Positions 9,577-19,369 of a stretch of 64,000 nucleotides of DNA are shown in pieces (position 1 is the stretch's first letter; the number at the start of each line of letters is the position of its first letter). Source of the stretch: an uncultured delta proteobacterium (GTDB lineage: Bacteria; Desulfobacterota; Binatia; UBA9968); contig CAVYTU010000010.1 in the NCBI GenBank assembly GCA_963771465.1, positions 32,359 to 96,358 of the forward strand. The letters are read 5' to 3'. Below the pieces are notes generated by a model. It did no database searches. It saw nothing but the letters and a program-made list of their open reading frames with translations, and was not told where the DNA came from. The position numbers and the translations under genes were made by a program.

Positions 9577-9819
9577 AACTCGGATTCCGTAGTTGAAATT
9601 GAAGCAGCGAGCGAGGCGCGATCCTTCCGTAGTGAAGACAATGGGCCTGTGCCCCTGAGCAGGCAAGCGCCATCGTTGCCCAGCGAGCAATCCGTAGCCA
9701 TTGGCACGGCATGCCAACCCGGCAAATTGACTTTGCAACCGTAGCGTTGGGTGTCTTCACTACTCCAGGCTCGCACCTCGCTCGGCGCACGCAATTACTT
9801 CGACTGCGGAATCCGGGTT
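9577..9819. repeat. ~243-bp nested-palindromic dispersed repeat (MITE/REPIN-like), intact empty copy
   Basis: Terminal IR AACTCGGATTCCGTAGTTGAAATTG / CAATTACTTCGACTGCGGAATCCGGGTT. Inner IRs GAGCGAGGCGCGATCC / GGCTCGCACCTCGCTC and GTAGTGAAGACA / TGTCTTCACTAC. Homologous to 46498-46578 plus 47892-48051. Confidence 0.9.
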
Positions 9820-9874
9820 CAACACGGCGAAGAGAACATTCATTATGATTCGCTCGTTGTCGTGAGGAGAACGT

Positions 9875-11212
9875 TCAGGTCGGCATCATTTCAACATCAA
9901 TCGCCGCGCCGATTCCTGACTGCCAGCGGTAGACGACTAGGCCCAGCGCAATTCCAGTCAGGCTGAGGTAGCGAGTCGCGTCATTAGACAGTGCGATGCT
10001 GATTAGACAGAGCGCTACCGGCGGCAGGCTGATCGCGATTACGCCTGCCATACCCAACGGGATGCGATAGGGGCGCGCCATTTCAGGGCGCTTGATCCGG
10101 AGCCACACCAGGGCGGCAAATTCGAGTATCAGCGCGGCAGCGTAGAGAAACATGTCGACCTCAATCAAATCCTGGAAAGAAAATGGAATGAGCGCGGCGA
10201 CACCGATGCTATTCACCAAGATCGCTTTCCAGGGCGTGGCAAACTGAGGATGACGAACCGCGAGCGCGCGCGGCAGCATGGCGCGCTCGGCCATGGCGAA
10301 GGGCACGCGCGCGGAAGTGCACAAGAGCGCGTTCAACAATCCCGCGGCGCTGACCAAACCCGCCAAAGTTAACGCGCTGCCTAACCAGGGGCCGCCGATC
10401 AGCGCGGCGACTTTCGGGAAATCGCCTTCTTTCCACAATGATGAATTCGGATCGATGCCGACGCCGACGGCCACCGGTAGCAAGTAAGACGCCGTCACGA
10501 GCAGCACGGTGTAAATCATCGCGCGCGGATAAACGCGACTCGGGGTTGCCACCTCGCCGGCGCAACAACCTGCGTTGTCCCAGCCCGACGTGTTCCAAAG
10601 CAACGCGCTCAGCAGCAACGGCCAGCTGATATCTTTGCTGTGCTTCAACCACAGCGTCGGCTCGACTTGCGGCGCGCCGAGAACGACCATCGCGGCGAAG
10701 GGCGCGAGCACGAGTACGGTGAAGACGACCGAGCTTAAGCCGACGAGACGGGTGCCGCGAATGTTGAGCCAAGTGATGGCGCCGATGAGCGCGGCACCTA
10801 TGAGCCAGCGTTCGAGTGGCGCCATGTCGCCGCGCAGATAGGCGAGATAGTCGACAAACATCACGGGATAAAGCGCATTGTCGGCGAAGCTACAGAGCCA
10901 GCTCAACCAGCCTTCTTGAAAACCCCAGAATCGGCCGAACGCTTTCTCGACCCAGACGACGTAGCCGCCGTCCTCGGGCATCGCCGTTGATAGCTCGGCG
11001 GTCATCAGTGCCGTCGGTAAACTCCAGAGCCACGGCAGGATCAAAATTCCCAACAAGACGATTAGCGGGCCGCCGGCGCCGACCGCATCTTCCAGGCCGT
11101 ACGCGCCGCCGGCGACGCAGAAAAACGTTAGGCCGACCAATGCGCGCAGATTGAGAGTGCGCGGCAGCGGCCGGGCTGACAATTCTCTGTTGTGCAATGT
11201 CGCAGTTGTCAC
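9875..11212 (-). CDS. APC family amino acid/polyamine permease
   Basis: FFCVAGGAYGLED, AELSTAMPEDGGYVVWV, GWDNAG..AGEV..P; about 12 TMs. Confidence 0.92.
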   Translation of the reverse strand: MTTATLHNRELSARPLPRTLNLRALVGLTFFCVAGGAYGLEDAVGAGGPLIVLLGILILPWLWSLPTALMTAELSTAMPEDGGYVVWVEKAFGRFWGFQEGWLSWLCSFADNALYPVMFVDYLAYLRGDMAPLERWLIGAALIGAITWLNIRGTRLVGLSSVVFTVLVLAPFAAMVVLGAPQVEPTLWLKHSKDISWPLLLSALLWNTSGWDNAGCCAGEVATPSRVYPRAMIYTVLLVTASYLLPVAVGVGIDPNSSLWKEGDFPKVAALIGGPWLGSALTLAGLVSAAGLLNALLCTSARVPFAMAERAMLPRALAVRHPQFATPWKAILVNSIGVAALIPFSFQDLIEVDMFLYAAALILEFAALVWLRIKRPEMARPYRIPLGMAGVIAISLPPVALCLISIALSNDATRYLSLTGIALGLVVYRWQSGIGAAIDVEMMPT

Positions 11213-11388
11213 GTGATCGTTGCGTCGCTCTCGATGGCGACTTCGGCGGAGAATAGCGATCGGATGTCGACGTTGTCAATCGATTCGATGGAGCAGCTTG
11301 ATTGCGCGCGAATTGCTTTGTCGGCGCGGCGCAAAGCTGATAAGGTTTTCCATCGATTCCGAATCGACCAACTCGACAGCAAACTGCT

Positions 11389-12756
11389 ATGAGCCCATCG
11401 GCCCCATCGCGAAAACCAACGATTCAACAGATGCGCAACCGTGTTTTCGAACGGGTGTTGGATCAGGAGCTATCCGAACTCACGCACTGGAGACGGTTAA
11501 TCCATTCGTCGCTCAAAATCGCCGTGATGGTCGGGCGCGATTTCATCCAAAATTTGGTCAAACTTCAGGCGATGGCGTTGGCGTTCAAGACACTGCTCTC
11601 ATTGGCGCCGCTATTAGCCGTTATTTTCTCGCTGCTCAAAGCCTTCGGTGTGCATAATCGAATGGAGCCGGCGCTCGCGGAAGCGTTGGCGCCGCTCGGC
11701 GACAAGGGCAGAGAGATCACCGTCTATTTAATCGGCTTCGTTGACAAGATGAGCGCCGGCGCGCTCGGCAGCGTCGGTCTCGTCACGCTGTTCATCACCG
11801 TACTGTCGCTGATGGGCAGCATCGAGGAAGCGTTCAACTATATCTGGCGGGTCAAGTCGCCGCGCAAATTGGCGCGCCGATTCAGCGATTATCTGAGCGC
11901 GATCCTGGTCGGTCCGGTGTTGGTGTTCGCCGCAGTGACGATCACCGCGACATTGCAAAACAGTGCCTTCGTCAAGTCGCTGCTCGCGCTGCAAGCGCTC
12001 GGCGTGGTGCTGCTCTTTTTACTGCGCCTGGTGCCCTATCTCACGCTTTGGGGCGCTTTCACATTCGTCTATATATTTATCCCCAACACGCGGGTCAGAG
12101 TGCGCTCGGCGTTGATCGGCGGCTTGATCGCGGCGATTCTTTGGCAGACGGTCGGGTGGGGCTTCGCCAGATTCGTCGCGTCTTCGACCCAGTACTATGC
12201 GATCTATTCGAGTTTCGCGATTCTCCTGCTCTTCCTACTTTGGCTCCACATCGGTTGGCTGATCGTCTTGCTCGGCGCCCAAGTGACTTACGCGCATCAG
12301 CATATTCACTTCTTCCGAGGCGACCGCCAGCTGCTGGCGCAGAGCGCGGCGGGCCGGGAGCGGTTGGCGCTGCACATGATGCTCTTAGTCGGGCGCAACT
12401 TTTATCATGGCTTCGATCCGATGACGGTGACCGACATGGCGGCGCACCTGCAGATACCCGCGGGTGTGGTCAAGGAGTTTATGGATATGTTCGCCGAGAC
12501 CCGGCTGGTATTGCCGGTGGTCGACGGCGAGACCTACGTGCTCGCACGTGATCCCGAGACCATCGGCATCAAAGAAATCCTCGATTGCGTGCGAAACTCC
12601 GGCAGGAAAACGCGCGTGCGCACCGATCTCAGCGAAGAGGAAAGTGAGATCAACGCGTTGCTGACCGGCGTCGAAGATGCCACGGCGAAAACATTGGCTG
12701 GCAAAAGTTTACAAGCGATGATTCTACGGCTGACGCCGCCCGAGGCGCGGGAGTAG
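11389..12756 (+). CDS. YihY/virulence factor BrkB family membrane protein with C-terminal Rrf2-like winged helix
   Basis: LAFKTLLSLAPLL, IEEAFNYIW, YAIYSSFA..LLFLLW motifs; C-terminal YVLARDPETI motif. Confidence 0.85.
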   Translation: MSPSAPSRKPTIQQMRNRVFERVLDQELSELTHWRRLIHSSLKIAVMVGRDFIQNLVKLQAMALAFKTLLSLAPLLAVIFSLLKAFGVHNRMEPALAEALAPLGDKGREITVYLIGFVDKMSAGALGSVGLVTLFITVLSLMGSIEEAFNYIWRVKSPRKLARRFSDYLSAILVGPVLVFAAVTITATLQNSAFVKSLLALQALGVVLLFLLRLVPYLTLWGAFTFVYIFIPNTRVRVRSALIGGLIAAILWQTVGWGFARFVASSTQYYAIYSSFAILLLFLLWLHIGWLIVLLGAQVTYAHQHIHFFRGDRQLLAQSAAGRERLALHMMLLVGRNFYHGFDPMTVTDMAAHLQIPAGVVKEFMDMFAETRLVLPVVDGETYVLARDPETIGIKEILDCVRNSGRKTRVRTDLSEEESEINALLTGVEDATAKTLAGKSLQAMILRLTPPEARE

Positions 12757-12790
12757 CGCGGCAACTGGCAGGGGATGTGTGAAAGACGGT

Positions 12791-14365
12791 TTACCGCCCG
12801 CGAAACAGATTTTTGAAAAACGAGCTGAAGTTTTTTTCGACCGCTTTTGGCAGGGCGGATTCGGCGAGCTTTTCGCTGTTGAGATTTACCGCGGGGTTTT
12901 CCACTGGGCCGGTGACTCGGAGCGGTACGACGACTCTTCCTTGATTATCTTTCAAAAACGCCGCCGCGCGAGCACGGCCAGTGCGTGCTGAGGCTTGCGA
13001 TGAAAGCGCGGTTTGTAGTGCGATATTGAGCGTCGGCTGGTCGATGCTCATGGTGCCTTTGCCGTTCACTACCATCTGCGGATTGATCAAATAGAGCCGA
13101 GAGAAGTCCACGTAGCCGCCGCCGATGGTGAATTCCGCCTCCATGGTTTGAAAAGTCGTGGCCTGGCGTCGCTCGTCCTTCGACAGGCCAATCATACCGG
13201 TGACGCGCTGAATTTTATTGATCAGGTCGACGTTGGTGAGTTCGCCGTCGCGGGCGACGAGTTTGCCGTTGCCTTGCAAACGGCGCGAAACCGCGCCGCC
13301 GCCGAGCGGCAATCTGAGGTTGACCTCGCCGTTAAGCGTTCCTTTGATGGCGCGCTTACCGTGCACTTTGACGTCGCGGAACAGACCGCGTACCTGGGTG
13401 ACCAGCGCGTTGGACGGGCCGTTGACGGTCATGATCAAACTCATCGGACCGCTGATCTCGGTGTCGCGCGGCGCGAGGCCGAAGACCGAAAAGATTTGAA
13501 AAATCGGTTTGGCATCGACCTTGTCCGCGGCAAGATTGAGATTGACCCGAGGTGTGGTCGAGAGATTGCTCACGCTACCTTGCACGGGAAAAGTCAGATC
13601 TTGAATCTTCAAACGATTGTTTTTGAGCTCGAGCAACGCCTTTTCTTCCTGGTAGTTGAGCTGGCCTTCCAACACGACCGTTTTTAAGCCGGGATAGGTG
13701 AATGCAATGCGAAAGGGGAACGGTGCCGTTTCGCTAAATTCTTGGAACGAAAGATCGATGCCTTTGATATTGACCGGCATCAATCCTTTAGTAATGAGAT
13801 TGAGCTGGCCTTCATTGACGCGCACTCGGTTTGGCAGAGCGAGAGGCGGCGGCGCTTCCAGCGATTTTACCCCGTCGGTTTTTTTCCGCGGGTCGCGTCG
13901 GTTGTTGGCCGGAGTCTTCCCCCTGTTGCCTATGTCGGAATAATTAAATGAACCATCGGCTTGCTTGAGCAAATTGAAAATCGGTTTTTCCAGCACCAGT
14001 TCGGTGACCTCGAAACGACCGCGCAGCAACGGCAAGAACCTCAGCTTTAGCTGGACTTGCTCTGCCGTGAAGAAAGTATTGTCGGCGAAAGCGACACTAT
14101 CGGAGACTTTGAGCTTGGACATGCGGATCGATGGTGTCGGTAATAGGCTTAGATGAACCTCGCCGACATCGATACGGCGGTTAAGGGCGTCTTCGAGCAG
14201 CGGTAAATAGGTGCGTTTGAACAAACCGAGATCGATGAATTGCGGCACGATGAGAATCAGCGCCAGCAAGCAGCCGAACACGCCCAGACCGATCCAAGCC
14301 GCTTTCTTGATTTTGAAGCGCCGCGATGGGGCGGCTAACACCGGCGATGATACTGCTTCAGACAT
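12791..14365 (-). CDS. AsmA family protein
   Basis: N-terminal TM, LPLLRGRFEVTELVL.KP...L.K..DGSFNYSD, C-terminal VPLRVTGPVENP. Confidence 0.8.
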   Translation of the reverse strand: MSEAVSSPVLAAPSRRFKIKKAAWIGLGVFGCLLALILIVPQFIDLGLFKRTYLPLLEDALNRRIDVGEVHLSLLPTPSIRMSKLKVSDSVAFADNTFFTAEQVQLKLRFLPLLRGRFEVTELVLEKPIFNLLKQADGSFNYSDIGNRGKTPANNRRDPRKKTDGVKSLEAPPPLALPNRVRVNEGQLNLITKGLMPVNIKGIDLSFQEFSETAPFPFRIAFTYPGLKTVVLEGQLNYQEEKALLELKNNRLKIQDLTFPVQGSVSNLSTTPRVNLNLAADKVDAKPIFQIFSVFGLAPRDTEISGPMSLIMTVNGPSNALVTQVRGLFRDVKVHGKRAIKGTLNGEVNLRLPLGGGAVSRRLQGNGKLVARDGELTNVDLINKIQRVTGMIGLSKDERRQATTFQTMEAEFTIGGGYVDFSRLYLINPQMVVNGKGTMSIDQPTLNIALQTALSSQASARTGRARAAAFLKDNQGRVVVPLRVTGPVENPAVNLNSEKLAESALPKAVEKNFSSFFKNLFRGR

Positions 14366-14548
14366 TGTGCCAACCTGGTATCTTGATATTATACGGCATC
14401 GTCCGGGGTTTCCATATAACGAAGGGCGCCGAATGTCGACTCGAAAAAGGTCGGCGACTGCCTCCCGCCCAAAGCGTTTCCAGAGAGCTATTAGTAGCCA
14501 CGGCATGAACTTTTTGTTAGCATGCCGTCCCTGAAGGGCTTCACCGGC

Positions 14549-15517
14549 TTGGATATCGCACTGGAAATTCTCCCGCAGGTTTTGCTTGACGGCATCGTTC
14601 TCGGCTTCATGTATGCTCTGATCGCTTTAGGCTACACGATGGTCTACGGCGTTTTGGAGTTTATTAACTTCGCCCATAGCGAGATTTTTGTTCTTGGCGC
14701 GTTCGTCGGCGTTGAGGTTTTGTTGCTGCTTGAGAGCGCCGGCCAGCTCGCGACGCTGCATCCGGCAGCGATTCTCTTATTGGTGATCGTCACCGGTATG
14801 GTCATCAGCGGCTTGGCGGCCATGGCGCTCGAACGCATCGCTTACCGGCCGCTGATGGGCGGGCCGAGATTGGTCGCGCTGATCTCGGCGATCGGCGCGT
14901 CGTTTTTTCTCCAAGACGGTTTGCGCCTGTTCGAAAGTTTGTGGCGCAACACGTTCTATCTCAACTATCCGAGCCTGGAGTTTCTCGACAAAAATATCCC
15001 GATCACGGCCGCGCTCGTGATTCCGGTCAAATCGCTGCTGGTGATCATCACCGCACTGCTCACCTTGATCGGGCTCCACATCTTCGTCAACAAAACCAAA
15101 ATGGGTACGGCGATTCGCGCCGTGGCGCAGGACCCCGACACCGCGTCGCTGATGGGTGTGCCGGTCAATCGCGTCATCGCTTTGACTTTTTTCGTCGGCG
15201 GCGCGCTGGGCGGCTTGGCCGGCGTGCTTTTCGGCATTCACTACAGCCTGGTCAATCCCTACAGCGGCTTTGTCCCCGGCATAAAAGCGTTCACCGCCGC
15301 GGTGCTCGGCGGCATCGGCAACATCCCCGGCGCCATGGTGGGCGGTATGCTGCTCGGTCTGCTCGAAGCGTTCGCGGCGTCTTATCTTTCACTGATGACC
15401 GACGGCGCCTTTGGCGCCGAGTACAAAGATGTCGTCGCATTCTTGGTGCTGATTCTGATTCTGATCTTTCGCCCCAAGGGGCTGCTCGGCGAGACGGTTC
15501 GGGAGAGCAAGGCATGA
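14549..15517 (+). CDS. livH: Branched-chain amino acid ABC transporter permease
   Basis: YALIALGYTMVYGVLEFINFAHSE, GTAIRAVAQD, KAFTAAVLGGIG. Confidence 0.92.
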   Translation: MDIALEILPQVLLDGIVLGFMYALIALGYTMVYGVLEFINFAHSEIFVLGAFVGVEVLLLLESAGQLATLHPAAILLLVIVTGMVISGLAAMALERIAYRPLMGGPRLVALISAIGASFFLQDGLRLFESLWRNTFYLNYPSLEFLDKNIPITAALVIPVKSLLVIITALLTLIGLHIFVNKTKMGTAIRAVAQDPDTASLMGVPVNRVIALTFFVGGALGGLAGVLFGIHYSLVNPYSGFVPGIKAFTAAVLGGIGNIPGAMVGGMLLGLLEAFAASYLSLMTDGAFGAEYKDVVAFLVLILILIFRPKGLLGETVRESKA

Positions 15518-16761
15518 GCCAACCGTTGGTGATCATCGGTTTTTGCGTTTATGTCGCCGGGAGTTGTCTGCTCGCCTATTTCTTCCCGCAATCGGTATTG
15601 GCCTTTTTGTTGGTGGAAGGATCGCTGCTGCTGCTCTATTACGCGCCGGCGAGCGACATGGCGAAAACCATTCTCGGTTCGTTGGTGTTGCTGGTGCTGT
15701 TGCCGCTGCTCGGCTCGGTGAACGCCTATTATCTAGAGATCGCCGTTCAGATCGGCATCTTCATCGCCTTGGCACTGGGCCTCAACATCGTCGTCGGCTT
15801 CGTCGGTCTTCTGAATCTCGGCTTCGTTGCCTTCTTCGCCATTGGCGCCTATCTTTGGGCGGTCTTCGGCTCGCCCCATGCGAATCAATTCATCCCCGGC
15901 GGTTTCTTCCCGCTCTCGCCCAATTGGTTTTTTGTCTTTTTGATTCTCAGCATCGTTGTCGGCGCGTTAACCGGCGCTTTGTTGGGTTTGCCGGTGTTAC
16001 GTCTGCGCGGCGATTATCTCGCCATCGTCACCCTCGGTTTTGCCGAAGTAGTGCGCGCGCTGGTGAACAATCTCGATAAGCCGATTAATTTAACCAACGG
16101 GCCGCGCGGCATCGCACCGATCGGTAAGCCGCCGTTGTTCTTCAAGCCATGGTTGGAATTCTTCGGCCTCGAAATCGCCGACGCGAAGCTTTACTCGCTC
16201 TATTTTTATTTTCTCGTGCTGTTGATTGTCTTTGTGATCATTGTAGTGACGCGGCGCCTGGAGAACTCACGCATCGGCCGGGCCTGGAAAGCGATACGCG
16301 AAGACGAGATCGCCGCCGTCGCCATGGGCGTGCCGGTGGTACGAATGAAACTATTGGGCTTTGCCGTCGGGGCGTCGTTCGCTTGCGCCGTCGGCGTTTT
16401 GTTTGCCGCCAAGCAGGTGTTCATCAATCCCGAGAGTTTTACTTTCATGGAATCCATCGGCGTGCTCGCCATGGTCATCCTCGGTGGCATGGGCTCGATC
16501 CCCGGCGCCATCCTGGGCGCCACCGGCGTGACGATTCTGAACCTACAACTGCTCAAAGGTTTGTCTTTGTGGCTGAACGGACTGCGCCAATCCGGCGCCG
16601 TGCTATCGCTGCCGTTGCTGGGCGATCTCTCGCTCGCCAACCTGCCGGCACAGTTCGAACCGGCGAAGTACGAGCGCATGGTGTTCGGCTTAATTCTTAT
16701 TCTCATGATGATCTTTCGCCCGCAGGGAGTTTTGCCGTCGAAGCAGGAGCGGCAGAAATAG
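15514..16761 (+). CDS. livM: Branched-chain amino acid ABC transporter permease
   Basis: GLNIVVG..GLLNLG, LRLRGDYLAIVTLGF, GRAWKAIREDEIAA; ATG overlaps the livH stop. Confidence 0.92.
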   Translation: MSQPLVIIGFCVYVAGSCLLAYFFPQSVLAFLLVEGSLLLLYYAPASDMAKTILGSLVLLVLLPLLGSVNAYYLEIAVQIGIFIALALGLNIVVGFVGLLNLGFVAFFAIGAYLWAVFGSPHANQFIPGGFFPLSPNWFFVFLILSIVVGALTGALLGLPVLRLRGDYLAIVTLGFAEVVRALVNNLDKPINLTNGPRGIAPIGKPPLFFKPWLEFFGLEIADAKLYSLYFYFLVLLIVFVIIVVTRRLENSRIGRAWKAIREDEIAAVAMGVPVVRMKLLGFAVGASFACAVGVLFAAKQVFINPESFTFMESIGVLAMVILGGMGSIPGAILGATGVTILNLQLLKGLSLWLNGLRQSGAVLSLPLLGDLSLANLPAQFEPAKYERMVFGLILILMMIFRPQGVLPSKQERQK

Positions 16762-16764
16762 AAA

Positions 16765-16925
16765 ATGAAAACTCGAAATTCGAAGCACTAAATCCGAAAC
16801 AAATTCAAATGACCAAAATACACAATGTTACCAACATTCGCACTACCATTTTGGAATTGCTCGGGTTTTGTCTTATTTGGCGGCGGTTTGTTTCGAATTT
16901 CGATATTCGAATTTCGGATTTAGTT
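16765..16925. repeat. AT-rich palindromic element with 7-mer tandem arms (AAATTCG / CGAATTT)
   Basis: Left arm AAACTCGAAATTCGAAGCACTAAATCCGAAACAAA; right arm TTTGTTTCGAATTTCGATATTCGAATTTCGGATTT is its reverse complement; lies between livM and livG. Confidence 0.8.
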
Positions 16926-16995
16926 TTAGTACGTCTTGGCGCGATAAATGTTCTTGGAGTCATGCGGTTCAATCTTGCAAAAGTAGGTAGCTAAA

Positions 16996-17781
16996 ATGGC
17001 ATTGCTTGAACTCCGCGATATCTCGAAACGCTTCGGCGGGCTGCAGGCGCTGGCGCGCGTGAGCATGGAACTCGAAGAAGGCATGATCGCGTCGCTGATC
17101 GGTCCCAACGGCGCCGGTAAGACGACGCTGTTCAATACTTTGACCGGACTCTACCAACCAGATGGCGGCGAGATACGTTTTCAAGAGCGGTCGCTTATCG
17201 GTATGAAGCCGGACCGGATTACCAGCGCCGGCATCAGCCGGACGTTTCAAAACATTCGCTTGTTCTCCCACATGACCGTGCTCGACAACGTGCTGGTCGG
17301 CATGCACTCGCGTTTGCACAGCGGGTTGTCCGATATTTTGCTGGCGTCAAAGGGATTCCACAGCAGCGAAAAGGACGCCCAGCGTAAGGCGATGGCGTTG
17401 ATCGAGTTGACCGGCCTTGCCGGCCGCGAGCACGAGTGGGCGCAGCAGCTGTCCTACGGCGAGCAGCGCCGGCTGGAGATCGCCCGCGCGCTGGCGGCGC
17501 AGCCGACCCTGTTGCTGCTCGATGAGCCGACGGCGGGTATGAGCACGAGCGAAGCGCAGTCGTTGATGACGCTCTTTAAAGCACTGCTCGGTAAATACGT
17601 CAAAGCGATTCTCTTGATCGAGCATAACATGCGCGTCGTGATGGGGATTTCCGATCGTGTTCACGTGCTCGACTACGGCGTGAAAATCGCCGAGGGCTGT
17701 CCGGACGAAGTGCGCCAGGATGCGCGCGTCATCGAGGCGTATCTGGGCCCAGGATCGTGGCTCGAAAATGCTAAAAGTTAG
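16996..17781 (+). CDS. livG: Branched-chain amino acid ABC transporter ATP-binding protein
   Basis: GPNGAGKTT, LSYGEQRRLEIARALA, LLLDEP. Confidence 0.93.
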   Translation: MALLELRDISKRFGGLQALARVSMELEEGMIASLIGPNGAGKTTLFNTLTGLYQPDGGEIRFQERSLIGMKPDRITSAGISRTFQNIRLFSHMTVLDNVLVGMHSRLHSGLSDILLASKGFHSSEKDAQRKAMALIELTGLAGREHEWAQQLSYGEQRRLEIARALAAQPTLLLLDEPTAGMSTSEAQSLMTLFKALLGKYVKAILLIEHNMRVVMGISDRVHVLDYGVKIAEGCPDEVRQDARVIEAYLGPGSWLENAKS

Positions 17782-18469
17782 CGCCATCCACGTTTACTAC
17801 GGCGCCATCCACGCGCTCAAAGGAGTGTCTTTCAACGTCGAGCGCGGCGAATTGGTGACGCTCCTCGGCGGCAACGGCGCGGGGAAAACGACCACGCTGA
17901 AAACTCTGTCCGGTTTACTGCGGCCACGATTGGGCTCGGTGCAGCTGGACGGCGCGGCGTTAGAAAAAGTCGCACCCCATGAAATCGTTCGGCGCGGCGT
18001 CGCGCACGTGCCTGAAGGCCGAAAAGTTTTTCCGCGTTTCACGGTACTGGAAAACTTGCAGATCGGCGGTTACGCGCGTTCGAAGCGCGCGCTTGCGCCG
18101 GAGCTGGAGTTTGTCTTGCAAATGTTTCCACGTCTCAAAGAGCGGCAAAAGCAGTACGCCGGCACGCTCTCCGGCGGCGAGCAGCAGATGCTCGCCATCG
18201 GCCGGGCGCTGATGGCAAAACCCAAACTGCTCTTGCTCGACGAACCATCCATGGGATTGGCGCCCAAGATCGTCGAGCAGATTCTCGAAAATATTCGCGC
18301 CATCAACAAGGCCGGCGTGACAGTCTTGCTGGTCGAGCAAAACGCCGCCATGGCGCTGGCGATTTCGCATCGAGGCTATGTCTTGGAAACCGGCGCGGTG
18401 ATTCTTGAAGGCAAGGCCAGTGACTTGGCGGGGAATGATTTAGTGCGACAGGCTTACTTGGGCGGGTGA
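17768..18469 (+). CDS. livF: Branched-chain amino acid ABC transporter ATP-binding protein
   Basis: GGNGAGKTT, HVPEGR.VF, LSGGEQQMLAIGRALM. Confidence 0.93.
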   Translation: MLKVSAIHVYYGAIHALKGVSFNVERGELVTLLGGNGAGKTTTLKTLSGLLRPRLGSVQLDGAALEKVAPHEIVRRGVAHVPEGRKVFPRFTVLENLQIGGYARSKRALAPELEFVLQMFPRLKERQKQYAGTLSGGEQQMLAIGRALMAKPKLLLLDEPSMGLAPKIVEQILENIRAINKAGVTVLLVEQNAAMALAISHRGYVLETGAVILEGKASDLAGNDLVRQAYLGG

Positions 18470-18488
18470 TGGATGGGGAAGAATTGGT

Positions 18489-18513
18489 CGCAAAGAACGT
18501 AAAGAGTGCAAAG
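18489..18513. repeat. 9-mer tandem repeat (CGCAAAGnn)
   Basis: CGCAAAGAA CGTAAAGAG TGCAAAG. Confidence 0.55.
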
Positions 18514-18619
18514 TAGAAATTTTGGAATGATTGCTACTCGTTCCCTACCATCCGTAGATGAAGGCGGATTATCTTCGTGATCTTTAAACGGTCGCGAATA
18601 ACGGTTACACTCCAACATC

Positions 18620-19339
18620 GTGCAATACCAAACTCGACAGATGATCTTCGGCGGCGGTGCGGTGACTCCGGCGGTCAAGTTTTTGCTGATCGTCAACGTC
18701 GGGGTGTTTATCCTTCAGACGGTGATTGGCAACTCGTTAGAACAGCAGCTCACCTTTTACTTCGGCCTGGTGCCGCCGCTGGTTTTGCAGAATCTCTATC
18801 TCTGGCAGCTTTTTACTTACCAGTTTCTGCACGGCGGATTGTTTCATTTGCTCTTCAACATGCTCGCGGTGTGGATGTTTGGCTGCGATCTGGAACGGCG
18901 TTGGGGCAGCAATTTTTTTCTGCGCTATTATTTTATTTCCGCCATCGGCGGCGGTTTTCTGAACACGGTTTTCTTGCCGAGTCAGATGGGGCCGAGCATC
19001 GGTGCGTCAGCCGGCGTGTATGGATTGCTGCTCGCTTACGGACTGATCTATCCAACCCGGATCGTTTATTTTTATTTTCTCTTTCCGATCAAGATGAAAC
19101 ATTTCGTATGGATCATCGGCGCCATCGCGTTTTACAATTCGATCACGTCAGGCCAAAGCGGCATCGCCCATTTGGCTCACCTGGGCGGCATGGTGTTCGG
19201 GTATCTCTATCTGCGCACCGGCAATCCGCTGGATAAATTCAAAGACTATCTCGACCGCCGCCGGCTCGATCGCTTAAAGAAACGATTTCAAGTGCTTCCA
19301 GGCGGCAAGGACGATGAAGGCGGACCGACGGTGCATTAG
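18620..19339 (+). CDS. Rhomboid family intramembrane serine protease
   Basis: TYQFLHGG..HLLFNM, GASAG catalytic Ser, AHLAHLGG catalytic His. Confidence 0.93.
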   Translation: MQYQTRQMIFGGGAVTPAVKFLLIVNVGVFILQTVIGNSLEQQLTFYFGLVPPLVLQNLYLWQLFTYQFLHGGLFHLLFNMLAVWMFGCDLERRWGSNFFLRYYFISAIGGGFLNTVFLPSQMGPSIGASAGVYGLLLAYGLIYPTRIVYFYFLFPIKMKHFVWIIGAIAFYNSITSGQSGIAHLAHLGGMVFGYLYLRTGNPLDKFKDYLDRRRLDRLKKRFQVLPGGKDDEGGPTVH

Positions 19340-19369
19340 AGTGCATCTGCCACTGTTGATCCATTTCCC

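Noticed and set aside
9577-9819. Repeat as an integron attC site
   Set aside because: It is far longer than typical attC sites, the copies are dispersed rather than arrayed between cassettes, and there is no IntI in the window.
14941-15513. Apparent N-terminal extension of LivM
   Set aside because: Alternative frame of livH. The real start overlaps the livH stop.
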